Of a DNA stretch of 64,000 bases, positions 11,701 through 20,710 are shown in pieces. The position numbers were made by a program, and so were the translations under genes. The stretch is from assembly GCA_965197475.1 (NCBI GenBank), contig CBDANF010000003.1, positions 2,925,971 to 2,989,970 of the forward strand. The letters run 5' to 3'. How positions within the stretch are numbered: position 1 is the first letter of the stretch; each line of letters begins with the position of its first letter. Origin of the DNA: Candidatus Poribacteria bacterium (lineage in GTDB: Bacteria > Poribacteria > WGA-4E > WGA-3G). The notes under the pieces are model-generated. The model saw only the letters and a list, made by a program, of their open reading frames with translations, was not told the origin of the DNA and did no database searches.

Positions 11701-13004
11701 GCCTTTTGATATGCTGCGACAGCATCAGCGGTCCACTTATGGTTGGTGTAAATCTCGGCGAGAGTGATGTATGTGCTTGCATTCTCCGGGTCGTAGTCAA
11801 TCATTCTCTGATAAGTCGCCTTTGCCTTATCTTCGTTTTCTAATTGCAAATACAGTTTGCCGAGCTCACGATAGATACCAAAATTGTCGGGTTGTTGCTT
11901 GCTGAGTATTTCGTATTCTACCGCTGCATCCTCAAATTTATCTGCGTTGCGAAGGGTATTGATAAGGTTCAGACGTAAATTCGTGTCAGTTGGAGCAAGT
12001 TCCAATCCTTTTCTATATGCCGCAATACCTTCTTCTAACTGCTGATTTTCAATATATGCTGCAGCAAGTAATCCGTGTAACTCTGGCTCTTTTGGTGTTG
12101 CTTTAAGTTTTTCTTGATAGTATGAGATTAGGTCTTTCCAGTTTGCATCGTTGGCGTAAATAGTGATAATCCGATTTTGAAGGTCTTTACGCAGCCAGTT
12201 CCCCGGGGCAGTCAAGGCAAGTGCATCATCGTAACTTTGAATGGCATCCTGATAATCACCTTTCTCTTCCTGAATATTTCCTATTTCCCGACGACTTAGA
12301 CACACACGATATGGATCATCTTTTTTAATCTCAATGATTGTTTGATGTTGCACTATCGCTTGTGAGTAAAGACCCTGTTCGTAGTAAAGATCGGCAAGTT
12401 CAATAAGGGCGAAGATGTTCTGTGGATTAAGTTCAGAGATTTTTTCCCATGCTTGAATCGCTTCTTTTACCCTATCTTGACGGAAATAAACGTGTCCAAG
12501 GGACTTATAAATTGCAATCAATTCCTCGGGAGGCACAGTCTGTGCTTGTTCTAATAAGGCTGCGGCTTTGCCTAATTCTGTGATTGCCTCCTTATCTTGA
12601 CGCAAAGTCGTATACATCTGTCCTAATGCGAAATGGGTGTAATAATCGTTCGGAGAAAGCTCAACTGCACGTTGATACGCCGAAACTGCCTTAATATCTT
12701 TAGCAAAACGTTTGTATATATGTCCCAGTATAAGGTGCAAATTTGGGTCGTTCGGGTTAGCTTGTGTTTCTGCCTGATAATCGGAAATCATTGCATCTAA
12801 CCCCTTGTCTTCAAGGTAAAACTGGCACAAACGCTCGAATGTATTACCCTCTTTCGGCTTTTGACGCAGCATCAGTTTGTAACGCTCAATGATTTTCTCA
12901 TCGGGCACCTCGTCTTGAGCAGTAATAATTGATGTAAAACATAACGTGTAGGATATAAGAAAGACAAAAAACACAAACGTTCGTTGTTTTTCAAGCTTAG
13001 ACAT
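5772..13004 (-). CDS. Giant secreted tetratricopeptide-repeat protein (2410 aa) with C-terminal beta-sandwich-like domain
   Basis: Signal-peptide-like N-terminus (FVFFVFLISYTLCFTSIITAQ). Dozens of 34-aa TPR units (A..Y.KALEL.P.. pattern) run throughout. The last ~190 aa are non-TPR (WLILGPFDN...VWLNGKKVF...FYLRLTD). Confidence 0.85.
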   Translation of the reverse strand: MSKLEKQRTFVFFVFLISYTLCFTSIITAQDEVPDEKIIERYKLMLRQKPKEGNTFERLCQFYLEDKGLDAMISDYQAETQANPNDPNLHLILGHIYKRFAKDIKAVSAYQRAVELSPNDYYTHFALGQMYTTLRQDKEAITELGKAAALLEQAQTVPPEELIAIYKSLGHVYFRQDRVKEAIQAWEKISELNPQNIFALIELADLYYEQGLYSQAIVQHQTIIEIKKDDPYRVCLSRREIGNIQEEKGDYQDAIQSYDDALALTAPGNWLRKDLQNRIITIYANDANWKDLISYYQEKLKATPKEPELHGLLAAAYIENQQLEEGIAAYRKGLELAPTDTNLRLNLINTLRNADKFEDAAVEYEILSKQQPDNFGIYRELGKLYLQLENEDKAKATYQRMIDYDPENASTYITLAEIYTNHKWTADAVAAYQKAISLAPDNLDYIRYFGEFYFRQGNHEKAIETWNRMVANDKGIAENYDQLAQLFGAKELQTQAINVSRKAVQLMPEAYRYREALAKRLMENKAYDEALAEYTEAAKFAPNDFFAEQIDDRRIEIYRRQGTLMDKVEAMEVELQKPNLASAETFANHKRLAKMYLKLGNITHALKVLLKVKTLQPDNVVINRWLADIYDKQGHREAANAIYKHLIKVDNTNAREYYANIARSYLNVMDFAAATAAAKQVVAHTPRNPEGHQLLAEIAKQSRDFETSINSLRQAVRLRPDAVDICIKLAETLKLSGKPQEAIVQYWRCWELSTNVDDKLNLVKPLSEVYYELGKRGEFEEKLKQMAKVDTTYVGAVLALSEFYRLEGELANARFQLARALDRERGNPELLERLVNISLDLGDIADALAYQQRLVETHPDPINHQKLGELLFDAGREEEAIQAWEKLLHTKNHTFEVGIKLVTLLMRHRMLDDAITLLGRVSEKANDAVSLYQVGALFAAMTEIDKTEMYFQRILEMPKPVSAKFNPTQHIAGRLFDSKSWPPGININDFYLAQNLAWEVSFGIIHWDRGEQIWKPSSFEEAQAGALVMLKEIAESQGKLSELIQKFEKNAAANPKDIRILETLAHFYTLIEDSKKANEVIDRLIVAEPDNPLYQAIRMNHAIEKNQDSDFLAQYINDVTDLPPEIRFWYIVQYASILSREGRKADAQKLVEKIKDEEITDLNTGATLITTLAQIEAVDRAQKLLDQFPIPSGEPNIRTQRSKQKSSIEQQWQLYLDSYQSLTTAYIALGQTDKAIALFWKYLEYSKPNITTTENVSTLGYSPIAYGGYTQTESNYTSPTIYFNQNRLKFLQQIFSQLWMKNQKETLYAKFQTKLESAKGKDRIYPALALSYCYWWEGNRDKAREILYALQKEFSNDITLKLNTVFISIQTHQYVTALDLLKESAADDPRNREHYLQLMLQLALHTGNIETVRELMVKKLNSGAGSRELYQFSRQLQNAGLTQYAIAVAKKAMSLMRQEKDPSDLTQLAQYLKDLGQHQDAALLAKRALYLDNRSSSRRQELDQWDFQRALQLTAKNAEAKKRRVEVTKKRESLLVDAAQKNPDSFQAQIRLVEFYERREQYKKSSEAYKAALTLKPEDNATRQRYAYMLKENEQYKNAATQYAILLKDNPGLFRTYYWSLISAFIESEKIDELVALVEEMLVTKENTLTESQYIGLNIARNIVEEYANRTKYNQEAAMTIIELSEKIVEIDPSDIDTYLKLASAYSHINEHDKAIQLLRQKLDTVNRVLLQEQLILKLVELYKTTGNLEVFSKEYEEKFVENPTDTFLLYLVTLMKITMNNNEDAAPLVNQILENDPARANLRWIRKLANTCQAANNYNLELKLLKAAVAQVNLQDDSTVQSIYDSIVIAYKNSGEIEKAQEICRKIGNIQIMRRGGSISDKEQVAKKYMSFRMWDDAEALFTDIRDNWLVHSWKRRETQEKLQEIKKRQSQSINAAQNTEKIDFGTLRALAQQYMNSNKPNEAIKAYEQITKAVPEDLVSKEKLATLYSRQNQHSKAVEIWNALLEKDPVNTKYQDGLVNSYQAVGKYSKALELAHKYIDAEPEIGVHYARIAKLYASKKQIDDSITAYEKAIELTPGDQQVYHELLELYLRKNDMDAAEKTYEQAIQYTSSDYSRQNIERQLINIYRNHDKLEEFFIREESKGTLTFSMQRSIARRYRYDGELEKAVNAYKKALDMTARDSERKEISRELQRIYTELARMADNLLKAMPSLNLNTNLTMAEFYREYDEPEKAKTYIQKAGFISEDLWLILGPFDNTNGIGYDKAYIPENATQINTTEKYDSVNGSVTWVMTEDETFDGYVEFGIDSNWLTTYAWTTLTSPDERQAQIRFGSSCQAKVWLNGKKVFANTEIHDAEVDQYTVPVILKQGKNTILVKVCNQEEKAGFYLRLTDMNGKPFDDLDFLDPEEN

Positions 13005-13340
13005 GAGACGATCTCCTTGAAAGTGGCTGTGTTAGGAAAATAATCTTTTAATTCTGCTTCTTATTGATATCTGAAATAGCCAGGTTTAGCACAAGTGATG
13101 GAATGTCGTTATACTTGCAAAGACATGCACACGGGTGAAGAAACACACAAAATCCAATATGGTAGACAAGTCTTGAGCCAACAGAAGCACCTGCCAAACG
13201 CTTACTCACTGAACGTCGGGGACATTGGGCAATAGAGACAAGGTGTACTGAGTGCGGGATGTTGTGTTTGGAGAAGATACTTCTCACGTCCGACAAATGC
13301 CATACTCGCTTAACCCAGCAGGTAAAGGTGGCAAATAGCG

Positions 13341-14774
13341 TTAGATTTGGTCAAACCTTTCCGGTTGCAAACCAAGTTTTTGATATGATTCAGCAGTTGG
13401 GAAAATCTTACCGGGATTACAGAGTCCTGTCGGATTGAAAATCTCCTTGACATTCGCCATCACTTGTAAATCAGCAGGACTGAAGATAAGCGGCATATAA
13501 TCCATCTTTTCAACACCGATACCGTGTTCTCCTGTGATCGTGCCACCGACTTCAGCGCATACGGTCAGGATTTCTTTGTTCACATGTTCCACCCGTTCAC
13601 ACTGGTCGTGATCACGTTCGTCAAAAAGAACAATCGGATGGATATTACCATCACCCGCATGGAACACATTCGCAATCGCAATCTGATATTTTTCAGAGAT
13701 TTCTGAGATACGTCGTAGTACCTTTGGTAACCGAGTACGTGGCACAACCCCATCCTGCGTAATATAGTTCGGAGCAAGTCGTCCGAATGAACCGAACGCG
13801 CTTTTGCGCGCCTTCCAAAGCTCTTGACGTTCCGCATCATCTTTGGCGTAGTTCACCTCTCGAGCGTTGTGTTGCTTGAAGATTTCAAGTATCCGATCTG
13901 TTTGATTTTGCATGCCTGCCTTAATACCGTCAAGTTCTACAATTAGAATCGCTTCGGCATCAAGGGGAAAACCGAACTTGAATGCTTCCTCCAATGCACG
14001 AATAACAAGCGTATCCATCATTTCAAGTGCGGCTGGAATAATTCCCGCACCGATAATTGTTGAAACAGCATTAGAGGCATCGTCCATTTTGTCAAAGACT
14101 GCAAGCGCGGTTTGATACGCTTGCGGATTCCGTGTGAGACGGAGTGTCGCTTTTGTTACGATCCCAAACGTGCCTTCAGAACCGATCATTACACCACGTA
14201 GATCATAACCGGGAACTTCTTCAACAGCACCACCGAATTCGATTATTTCACCATCCGGCATTACCACTTCCATTCCAAGCACATGGTCAGAGGTGACACC
14301 GTATTTTAGCGTGTGAGGACCGCCAGAGTTTTCAGCGATATTACCACCGATTGTACACGCCTTTTGACTTGATGGGTCTGGTGCATAATGGTAACCTTGA
14401 GCCTGCACTGCCTGAGACAAAAGCAGATTGACAACTCCCGGTTCAATGACTGCTCGCTCGTTTTCAATGTCTATTTCAAGGATGCGGTCCATTCGATTGA
14501 GCGCAATAATTATGCCCCCTTGAACAGACAACATGCCACCGCTCAAACCTGTTCCACCGCCGCGTGCGATAAATGGTGTATTATATTTATTCGCTAACTT
14601 GACAATATCCGACACCTGTTGTGTTGTATCAGCAAAGACAACAACATCCGGCAATGCCTTAAAAGATGGTGCTGCGTCACATTCGTATACCGACAAAGCG
14701 GTTGCATCTGTTAGGACATTTTTGGAACCGAGGAGTTCAGAGAGTTCTGCAATGAGTTGTTCTTTTTGTTCCAT
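13341..14774 (-). CDS. glcD: FAD-linked oxidase, glycolate oxidase GlcD-like
   Basis: FAD-binding PCMH-type motifs (FIARGGGTGLSGG, GIVTKATLRL) and C-terminal TGEHGIG. The start is placed at the ATG preceded by AAGGAAA; the ORF track starts 21 nt earlier. Confidence 0.8.
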   Translation of the reverse strand: MEQKEQLIAELSELLGSKNVLTDATALSVYECDAAPSFKALPDVVVFADTTQQVSDIVKLANKYNTPFIARGGGTGLSGGMLSVQGGIIIALNRMDRILEIDIENERAVIEPGVVNLLLSQAVQAQGYHYAPDPSSQKACTIGGNIAENSGGPHTLKYGVTSDHVLGMEVVMPDGEIIEFGGAVEEVPGYDLRGVMIGSEGTFGIVTKATLRLTRNPQAYQTALAVFDKMDDASNAVSTIIGAGIIPAALEMMDTLVIRALEEAFKFGFPLDAEAILIVELDGIKAGMQNQTDRILEIFKQHNAREVNYAKDDAERQELWKARKSAFGSFGRLAPNYITQDGVVPRTRLPKVLRRISEISEKYQIAIANVFHAGDGNIHPIVLFDERDHDQCERVEHVNKEILTVCAEVGGTITGEHGIGVEKMDYMPLIFSPADLQVMANVKEIFNPTGLCNPGKIFPTAESYQKLGLQPERFDQI

Positions 14775-14994
14775 GGTGTTTTCCTTATTACACAATTTTA
14801 TCGTGTTTCTTCAGATTAGATTATCATATTTCCATTTGTTTGTCCAATTAGAAATGTCACGAAGTATTAATTTTTTGGCACAAAATAGCGTAAAATGTTA
14901 TAATATTAAAGTTATAGAATTAGTCAGAGTTTAATTCGGAAAATCCATTATCTTATTAATGCACGTTTTCGCGTGCAGAAATGAAGGAGACAAA

Positions 14995-15777
14995 ATGCGA
15001 AAATTAGTTTTGATTTTAGGAATCACATGTTTAATTGTGTGGCTGCTACCACATATTAGTTCTGCTAAGATTGACCCAGAAAAAGTGGTCGGTGTATGGC
15101 TATTTGATGAAGGTGCAGGTAATAATGTTGAAGATTCTTCCGGTAAGGGCAATAATGGCACGATTAATGGGGCAAAATGGAAGGATGGAAAATTCGGCGA
15201 TGGACTTGAGTTTGATGGTGGAGATTGGGTGTCCATTCCCTCTACACCTGAACTTCAAGTTGGCGAAGAACTGACCATGATGGCATGGTTCTATGCAACT
15301 AATATTGGGGATTGGAGACAACTTATAGCCAAAAGTGACGAGTATCTGTTACGTATTGACCCACCACATGAACAAAACAAAATGTCTGCCTTTGTAAATG
15401 CTGAAAATGAATGGGAGCCGCGAGCATCTTCACGTGTGCCTGAAACAAACACATGGATTCACTTCGCTGCGACTTATGACAGTGGAGCAAACAGTGATCA
15501 TCTTGTTGTATATGTTAACGGTGAACACGCTGGCGCAAGTTCTCGTGCCGGGCAGGTTGCCGTAACCGGAAATGCTGTTGAAATCGGCAAGTGGGATAAT
15601 GGTTCATATTTCGTCGGAATTATTGATGAAGTGGCTACATTTAAAGATGTACTCACTGAAGATGACTTGAAAACTATCATGGATAACGGTTTAGATAAAG
15701 CACTCGGTGGTGTCGCAGCTGTTGATGCATCCGACAAATTGGCAACAACTTGGGGCACCATTAAAGCGAACCGGTAA
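14995..15777 (+). CDS. Secreted LamG-like jellyroll domain protein
   Basis: Signal peptide MRKLVLILGITCLIVWLL, then VGVWLFDEGAGNNVEDSSGKGNNGTINGAKWKDGKFGDGLEFDG, the typical LamG-like lead-in. RBS GAAGGAG lies upstream of the ATG at 14995. Confidence 0.75.
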   Translation: MRKLVLILGITCLIVWLLPHISSAKIDPEKVVGVWLFDEGAGNNVEDSSGKGNNGTINGAKWKDGKFGDGLEFDGGDWVSIPSTPELQVGEELTMMAWFYATNIGDWRQLIAKSDEYLLRIDPPHEQNKMSAFVNAENEWEPRASSRVPETNTWIHFAATYDSGANSDHLVVYVNGEHAGASSRAGQVAVTGNAVEIGKWDNGSYFVGIIDEVATFKDVLTEDDLKTIMDNGLDKALGGVAAVDASDKLATTWGTIKANR

Positions 15778-15884
15778 AACAGTTCAAGTGCACACTACGT
15801 GGGCGGATAAGAACACTTCCGCCCTTAATCTTAAAATACACATCTGAACATTGAAAATAAACACGAAGGAGAAATTTTGCCCTC

Positions 15885-18800
15885 ATGTCCATTCCTAAAA
15901 TGTCTGTGAATAACCCTGTTTTAGCGAACATGCTGATGATTCTTATTATTATTTTTGGGTTGTATGCATGGATCAACTTACCAAGGGAACTCACCCCGGA
16001 AATCGCCCTACAAAGTGCTACCGTAACGACACTATACCCAGGTGCATCCCCGGAAGAGGTTGAAAAACTGATATCTGCACCAATTGAAGAGGCAATTGAG
16101 GAAAACGTCAACAAAATCAATCTGATGCTTTCCACTTCTTCAGAGGGTAGATCAATTATCTCGGTTGATTTTGATGAAATGAGTGACAGAGATTTCGACA
16201 AAGAGATGGAGAATCTCCGCACTGCTGTTGAAGGTGTAAATGATTTACCGGAGGAGATTTTAGACGATCCCAAGGTAATGGAATTGGATATTAGTTCCGG
16301 ATTTCCGATGTTGACGATTGTTGTCGGAGGAAACATTTCAGAGTCTCAAATGCGGGAAATTGCGGAGAATCTAAAAGACGAGATATTAGAAATTAAAAAC
16401 ATTGCATCTGTGCAAATTGCTGGACTACGTGATAGAGTAATTTGGATTGAGGTTGATCCGGATCGGTTGAAAGCGTATAATCTCCCGATCACTGCTATTA
16501 CAATGGCACTACAAGCAGGGAATTTAAATCTACCCGCAGGAACAATGGAGATTGGTAACACGGAGTTTATGGTGCGAACAATGGGAGAATTTCCTAATCC
16601 TGACTATATCGGTGATACAATCATCAGTGTTCAGCCATCAGGGACACCACTTAGACTTCGAGATGTTGCAACAGTATCTGATGATTATGAGGAAGCACGA
16701 ACACTTTCAAGAATTGAAGGGAAATCCTCTATCAGTCTAAGCGTTCAAAAAAAGAAAGAGGGCAACACTATCTCTTTGGTGGCGAAACTTCGCGATTTAG
16801 TCAAAAAACGCCAAGTTGAACTTCCTGAAGGTGCAGTGTTGACACCTGTGAACGACTATTCCGTGATCTTAAAAGAGAGGTTGGGCATTCTTGAAACAAA
16901 TGCTGTATTCGGACTTATTCTTGTCATATTCATGCTTTTCCTATTTATCGGATGGCGAAATGCCCTCTTTGCAGCACTTGGTATTCCGGTGGCATTTATG
17001 GCAACTTTTTGGTTCATGTCAATAGTGGATTATTCGCTGAGTGGTGTGGCACTGTTTGGTCTCATCTTGGTCGTAGGAATTGTTGTAGACGATGCCATCG
17101 TTGTTATAGAGAACACCTATCGGCATATAGAGGCAGGAGAATCCCCGAAAGTTGCAGCCGTTCGCGGTGCAGAAGAGGTTGGCTGGCCTGTTTTAGCGGC
17201 AAGTTTGACAACGATTGGTGCATTTGGTCCCTTGATGTTTATGTCAGGTGTTTCAGGGCAGTATATGCGGATCGTGCCAATAATGGCAATTATCGTCTTA
17301 GTGGCTTCGCTCTTTGAAGTTTTTGTAATTTTACCGGCACACGTTGCTGAGTGGGGAAAAGCCAAAACACGGACAGGACGCAGTAGACTTGAAAACCTCC
17401 GTACACGATCTCAAGGTGCATTCACCATAAGTATCCTTTTTGCTGGCTTTTTTGCGTGGTTTGCCACGATTTTTGACATTATACGGAACAGATATGTCAG
17501 AATCCTGAAAATAACGATCCGAAAACGGTATATCTTTGTAGGAAGCGTTCTCTTTATCGGAACGATTGCGTGCGTCAGTGCCTTTGTAGTTCTTGACAAG
17601 GAACTTTTTCCCGGTGAAGACTTTCCACAATTTTACGTCAAGGCAGAAATGCCACCGTCCTACGGCATACAGGAAACAACTGATGTAATCGCACAACTTG
17701 AAGATGCAGCCAAAACTTTGCCGGAAGATGAAGTTGCTGCTATTGTTAGCAATATAGGCTTACATACACCTATCTCAGGGCTTCTTAAAGGCATCACCTA
17801 CGGTTCCAATTTTGGAGAACTTATCATTGAACTTGTTCCCAAAGATCAACGGACTCGGAACACTGACCAAATCATCGATTCCTTACGGCAACAGACTGCT
17901 AATATCAGTGGCATGGAAAAAAAACCCAATTTTGTCAAACTGGAAGGGGGTCCACCCCAAGGACCAGATGTTGAGGTAAAGGTCAAGGGGACTCGGTTTG
18001 AACAGTTAGTTGAAATTGCTGATCGACTTAAAGCAACATTAAGCCAAATAGATGGTGTGGAAGACATACGAGACGATTTTCGCGTCGGTAAATCTGAATT
18101 ACGTATCTATTTGAAACCTGAAAAAGCTGCGCAATTTGGAATGTCAACCCGCCAAGTTGCTCAGGCTGTTCGCACTGCTATTGAAGGTGCAAAGGCGACA
18201 ACCTATCGTGAGGCAGATGAAGCAATTGATGTAATCGTCAAATACAGAGAGGATCGTTTACAGACAATAGAAGAACTGAACGACCTATTGATAGCAACAC
18301 CGACTGGAGCGATTATCCCTTTAAAAGATGTTGCTGATATAACTGAGGAGAAAGGGTATGCGGATATCCGCCGCTTTGAAGGAGAACGTGCAATCACTGT
18401 TTATGCAGCGGTTGATTCAACGAAAACCACACCATTTAAAGTTAACCAAATATTAATGAACTCTTTTGCTGATATTGAATCTTTATATCCCGGTTATCGG
18501 CTTGATTTCCGTGGGGTCTTTGACGAAATACGGGAATCTTTTGGAGAGTTATGGAAACTTTTTATCGTTGGAATTCTTGTCATCTATATGATATTGGGTG
18601 CGCAATTCAAATCGTTTACACAACCGATCATAATCCTTTTTGCTGTGCCGTTCGGAATGATAGGCGCGATGGTCGGGTTACTCTTTTCCAATGCAACGCT
18701 TAGTATGGTTGCAATGTTCGGTATCGTCGCACTTGCGGGGATTGTCGTGAATGATTCAATTGTGTTAATTGATTTTATCAACAAGTACAGAGAACGCGGT

Positions 18801-19115
18801 TTTAATAGATGGTATGCGATTCTTAAAGGTGGGAGTGTTCGTCTACGTCCAATTGTCTTAACCTCATTAACGACAATTTTCGGACTTATTCCGATGGCAT
18901 TGGGGCTTGGTGGAAAATCCCCTATCTGGCAGCCGATGGCGAATACTATCATATTTGGTCTTGCCTTTGCAACGATTATGACACTGTTTGTAATGCCTTC
19001 ATTGTATGCAATCACTACTGACCTGCGCGGAGTTTTTCTAAAAGACCCTGAAGCGCGTTTCCGAACTGTAACTGATGAAGAATTATTAGGGGCTGCTGTT
19101 CCTGCGGATGATTAG
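15885..19115 (+). CDS. RND-family efflux transporter permease (AcrB/CzcA superfamily)
   Basis: 1076 aa with 12-TM RND topology and conserved VVDDAIVVIEN and IVVNDSIVLIDF motifs. No adjacent MFP or OMP gene is present in the window. Confidence 0.9.
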   Translation: MSIPKMSVNNPVLANMLMILIIIFGLYAWINLPRELTPEIALQSATVTTLYPGASPEEVEKLISAPIEEAIEENVNKINLMLSTSSEGRSIISVDFDEMSDRDFDKEMENLRTAVEGVNDLPEEILDDPKVMELDISSGFPMLTIVVGGNISESQMREIAENLKDEILEIKNIASVQIAGLRDRVIWIEVDPDRLKAYNLPITAITMALQAGNLNLPAGTMEIGNTEFMVRTMGEFPNPDYIGDTIISVQPSGTPLRLRDVATVSDDYEEARTLSRIEGKSSISLSVQKKKEGNTISLVAKLRDLVKKRQVELPEGAVLTPVNDYSVILKERLGILETNAVFGLILVIFMLFLFIGWRNALFAALGIPVAFMATFWFMSIVDYSLSGVALFGLILVVGIVVDDAIVVIENTYRHIEAGESPKVAAVRGAEEVGWPVLAASLTTIGAFGPLMFMSGVSGQYMRIVPIMAIIVLVASLFEVFVILPAHVAEWGKAKTRTGRSRLENLRTRSQGAFTISILFAGFFAWFATIFDIIRNRYVRILKITIRKRYIFVGSVLFIGTIACVSAFVVLDKELFPGEDFPQFYVKAEMPPSYGIQETTDVIAQLEDAAKTLPEDEVAAIVSNIGLHTPISGLLKGITYGSNFGELIIELVPKDQRTRNTDQIIDSLRQQTANISGMEKKPNFVKLEGGPPQGPDVEVKVKGTRFEQLVEIADRLKATLSQIDGVEDIRDDFRVGKSELRIYLKPEKAAQFGMSTRQVAQAVRTAIEGAKATTYREADEAIDVIVKYREDRLQTIEELNDLLIATPTGAIIPLKDVADITEEKGYADIRRFEGERAITVYAAVDSTKTTPFKVNQILMNSFADIESLYPGYRLDFRGVFDEIRESFGELWKLFIVGILVIYMILGAQFKSFTQPIIILFAVPFGMIGAMVGLLFSNATLSMVAMFGIVALAGIVVNDSIVLIDFINKYRERGFNRWYAILKGGSVRLRPIVLTSLTTIFGLIPMALGLGGKSPIWQPMANTIIFGLAFATIMTLFVMPSLYAITTDLRGVFLKDPEARFRTVTDEELLGAAVPADD

Positions 19116-19343
19116 ACCCAATGCGAATTTTCGTGATTTAAATTCCTCAAAATCTATACTTTTCGCATAAGTAATTCATTAAAGTGCATGCGGTAAAAGA
19201 TGGACGAATTTAGTTTTCAAAAGCGTCTTAGATGTGGTATAATGTGAATGAATTTATTTCAATGTCCGCACGAATTCTTCGCACCACCAAAGATCTACAT
19301 ATTTAATTTTAAAATAAAAAAGTTTAGAAAAAAGGACAACAAC

Positions 19344-19676
19344 ATGGGTAAAATAGCCGATGCAACCTTTCAAGGTAAGATGGACACCTACAACTTTGGG
19401 GTTTATACCACGGACACGGTTTTCATTGACGTTGGAGCCGTTTACATATTCTCAAAACGTGTAGTTGGATCCGATGGAAGGGGTACACATACGTTTCTAT
19501 ACATCGGTCAAACACATTCACTTGAAGACAGAATCCCGTATCACGAACAGTGGCTCTGTGCACAGAGGAATGGTGTAAATTGTATATGCGTTCATCCAGA
19601 CGATGATGCCAGTTCCCGAATAAAAAAAGAAGCAGATCTTCTCGCTACAAACCCCACCCCGTGTAACAGAGAATAG
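19344..19676 (+). CDS. Small GIY-YIG-like nuclease domain protein (putative)
   Basis: AVYIF...LYIGQTHSLEDRIPYH...KKEADLLATNPTPCN fits the GIY / YIG / R / E / N order of GIY-YIG domains, but with a longer GIY-YIG spacer. An extended -10 TGGTATAAT lies at 19233-19241. Confidence 0.45.
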   Translation: MGKIADATFQGKMDTYNFGVYTTDTVFIDVGAVYIFSKRVVGSDGRGTHTFLYIGQTHSLEDRIPYHEQWLCAQRNGVNCICVHPDDDASSRIKKEADLLATNPTPCNRE

Positions 19677-20710
19677 TTCATGCTTAATCATCGGAAATAG
19701 CTCAAGGAAGATTATCAAATGGCGATACTAGAAGGTTTTAGAGTAAGGAACTATGGTGTTCTAAAAGATGTGACATTGGGTCGTCTATGGGACCAAGGGA
19801 AAGTACCGCTCACTCCTATAACTGCAATAATTGGAAAAAATGGAGTCGGTAAGACCACATTATTTGATGCGTTTGGTTTCCTTGCTCATGCTTTTAAGTT
19901 TGATGTCGAGACAGCTTGTGATGATCGCGGAGGTTTAAAAAAATACGTTCGCAAGGAGAGAAAGAGCCAATTGTTTTTGATGTGTACTACCGAGAACATA
20001 AGAATGTTCAACCTATTACATACCAAGTAGCAATTGGAGATGACCAATTTGGTCGTCCTTATGTCCTACAAGAACGTCTCAGGCAAAGGCGAAAGGGACA
20101 GAAATACGGTGAACCGTATACTTTTTTAAGACTTGATAACGGTAGTGGGGTAGCGTGGAAAGGCAACCAAGAAGGCTATCAGAAAACTCCTTTTGAATCC
20201 ATAAAATCAATAATTATAAGTACTTCAAGTAGCAAAAAAAAAGAAAAAGTTAAAAAGATAGATATAAAAAAAGGTGACCTTATTGACGATAACGAGAACT
20301 CAAGTCAAGCCTCAAGTAACTTAGACCTCTTAGAATACATAGTCAATAAGGAAGCCGACGAGACTGAGATTATTAAATTGGAGGATCCGCGAAAACTTGG
20401 CATTGCCACTCTCGGTGCTTTGAAGCAGCATCCGCGAATTTCTGCTTTTCGTAGGTTCATTGAAGGATGGTTTCTTAGTTACTTCACTCCTGATGCAGCA
20501 CGTAACTTACAATTTGCCGGCCCGCAAGAACACCTCAATATACAAGGCGATAACCTCAGAAACGTTGCGCAATTTATGGAGCGCGAATACCCTCAACGTT
20601 TCCAAGTAATTCTAAAAAAAAATCGCAGATAAAATTCCGGGCATAGAAAAAATTGACACCAAGAAAACAGAAGACAATAGGTTACTACTCAGGTTCAACG
20701 AAAAAAGGTT

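Noticed and set aside
13005-13340. A 330-bp spacer between glcD and the giant TPR gene, containing the 82-aa ORF 13048-13296. I looked for RNase P, 6S or riboswitch-like signatures (ACAGAA...CGCTTAC).
   Set aside because: There is no GGAAAGUCCGG-type P4 partner or other diagnostic motif. The ORF lacks an RBS and any family resemblance. It is most simply the promoter and 5' UTR of the TPR gene. An Rfam scan would settle it.
15761-16336. Long antisense or alternative-frame ORFs inside well-supported genes. Examples: 15761-16336, 18584-19015, 1482-1838, 42704-43256, 51523-52065, 57591-58136, 59706-60116, 20709-21071, 32754-33230.
   Set aside because: Each overlaps a gene with clear family motifs on the other strand or frame. 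They have biased or low-complexity translations and no RBS or motif of their own, so they are shadow ORFs.
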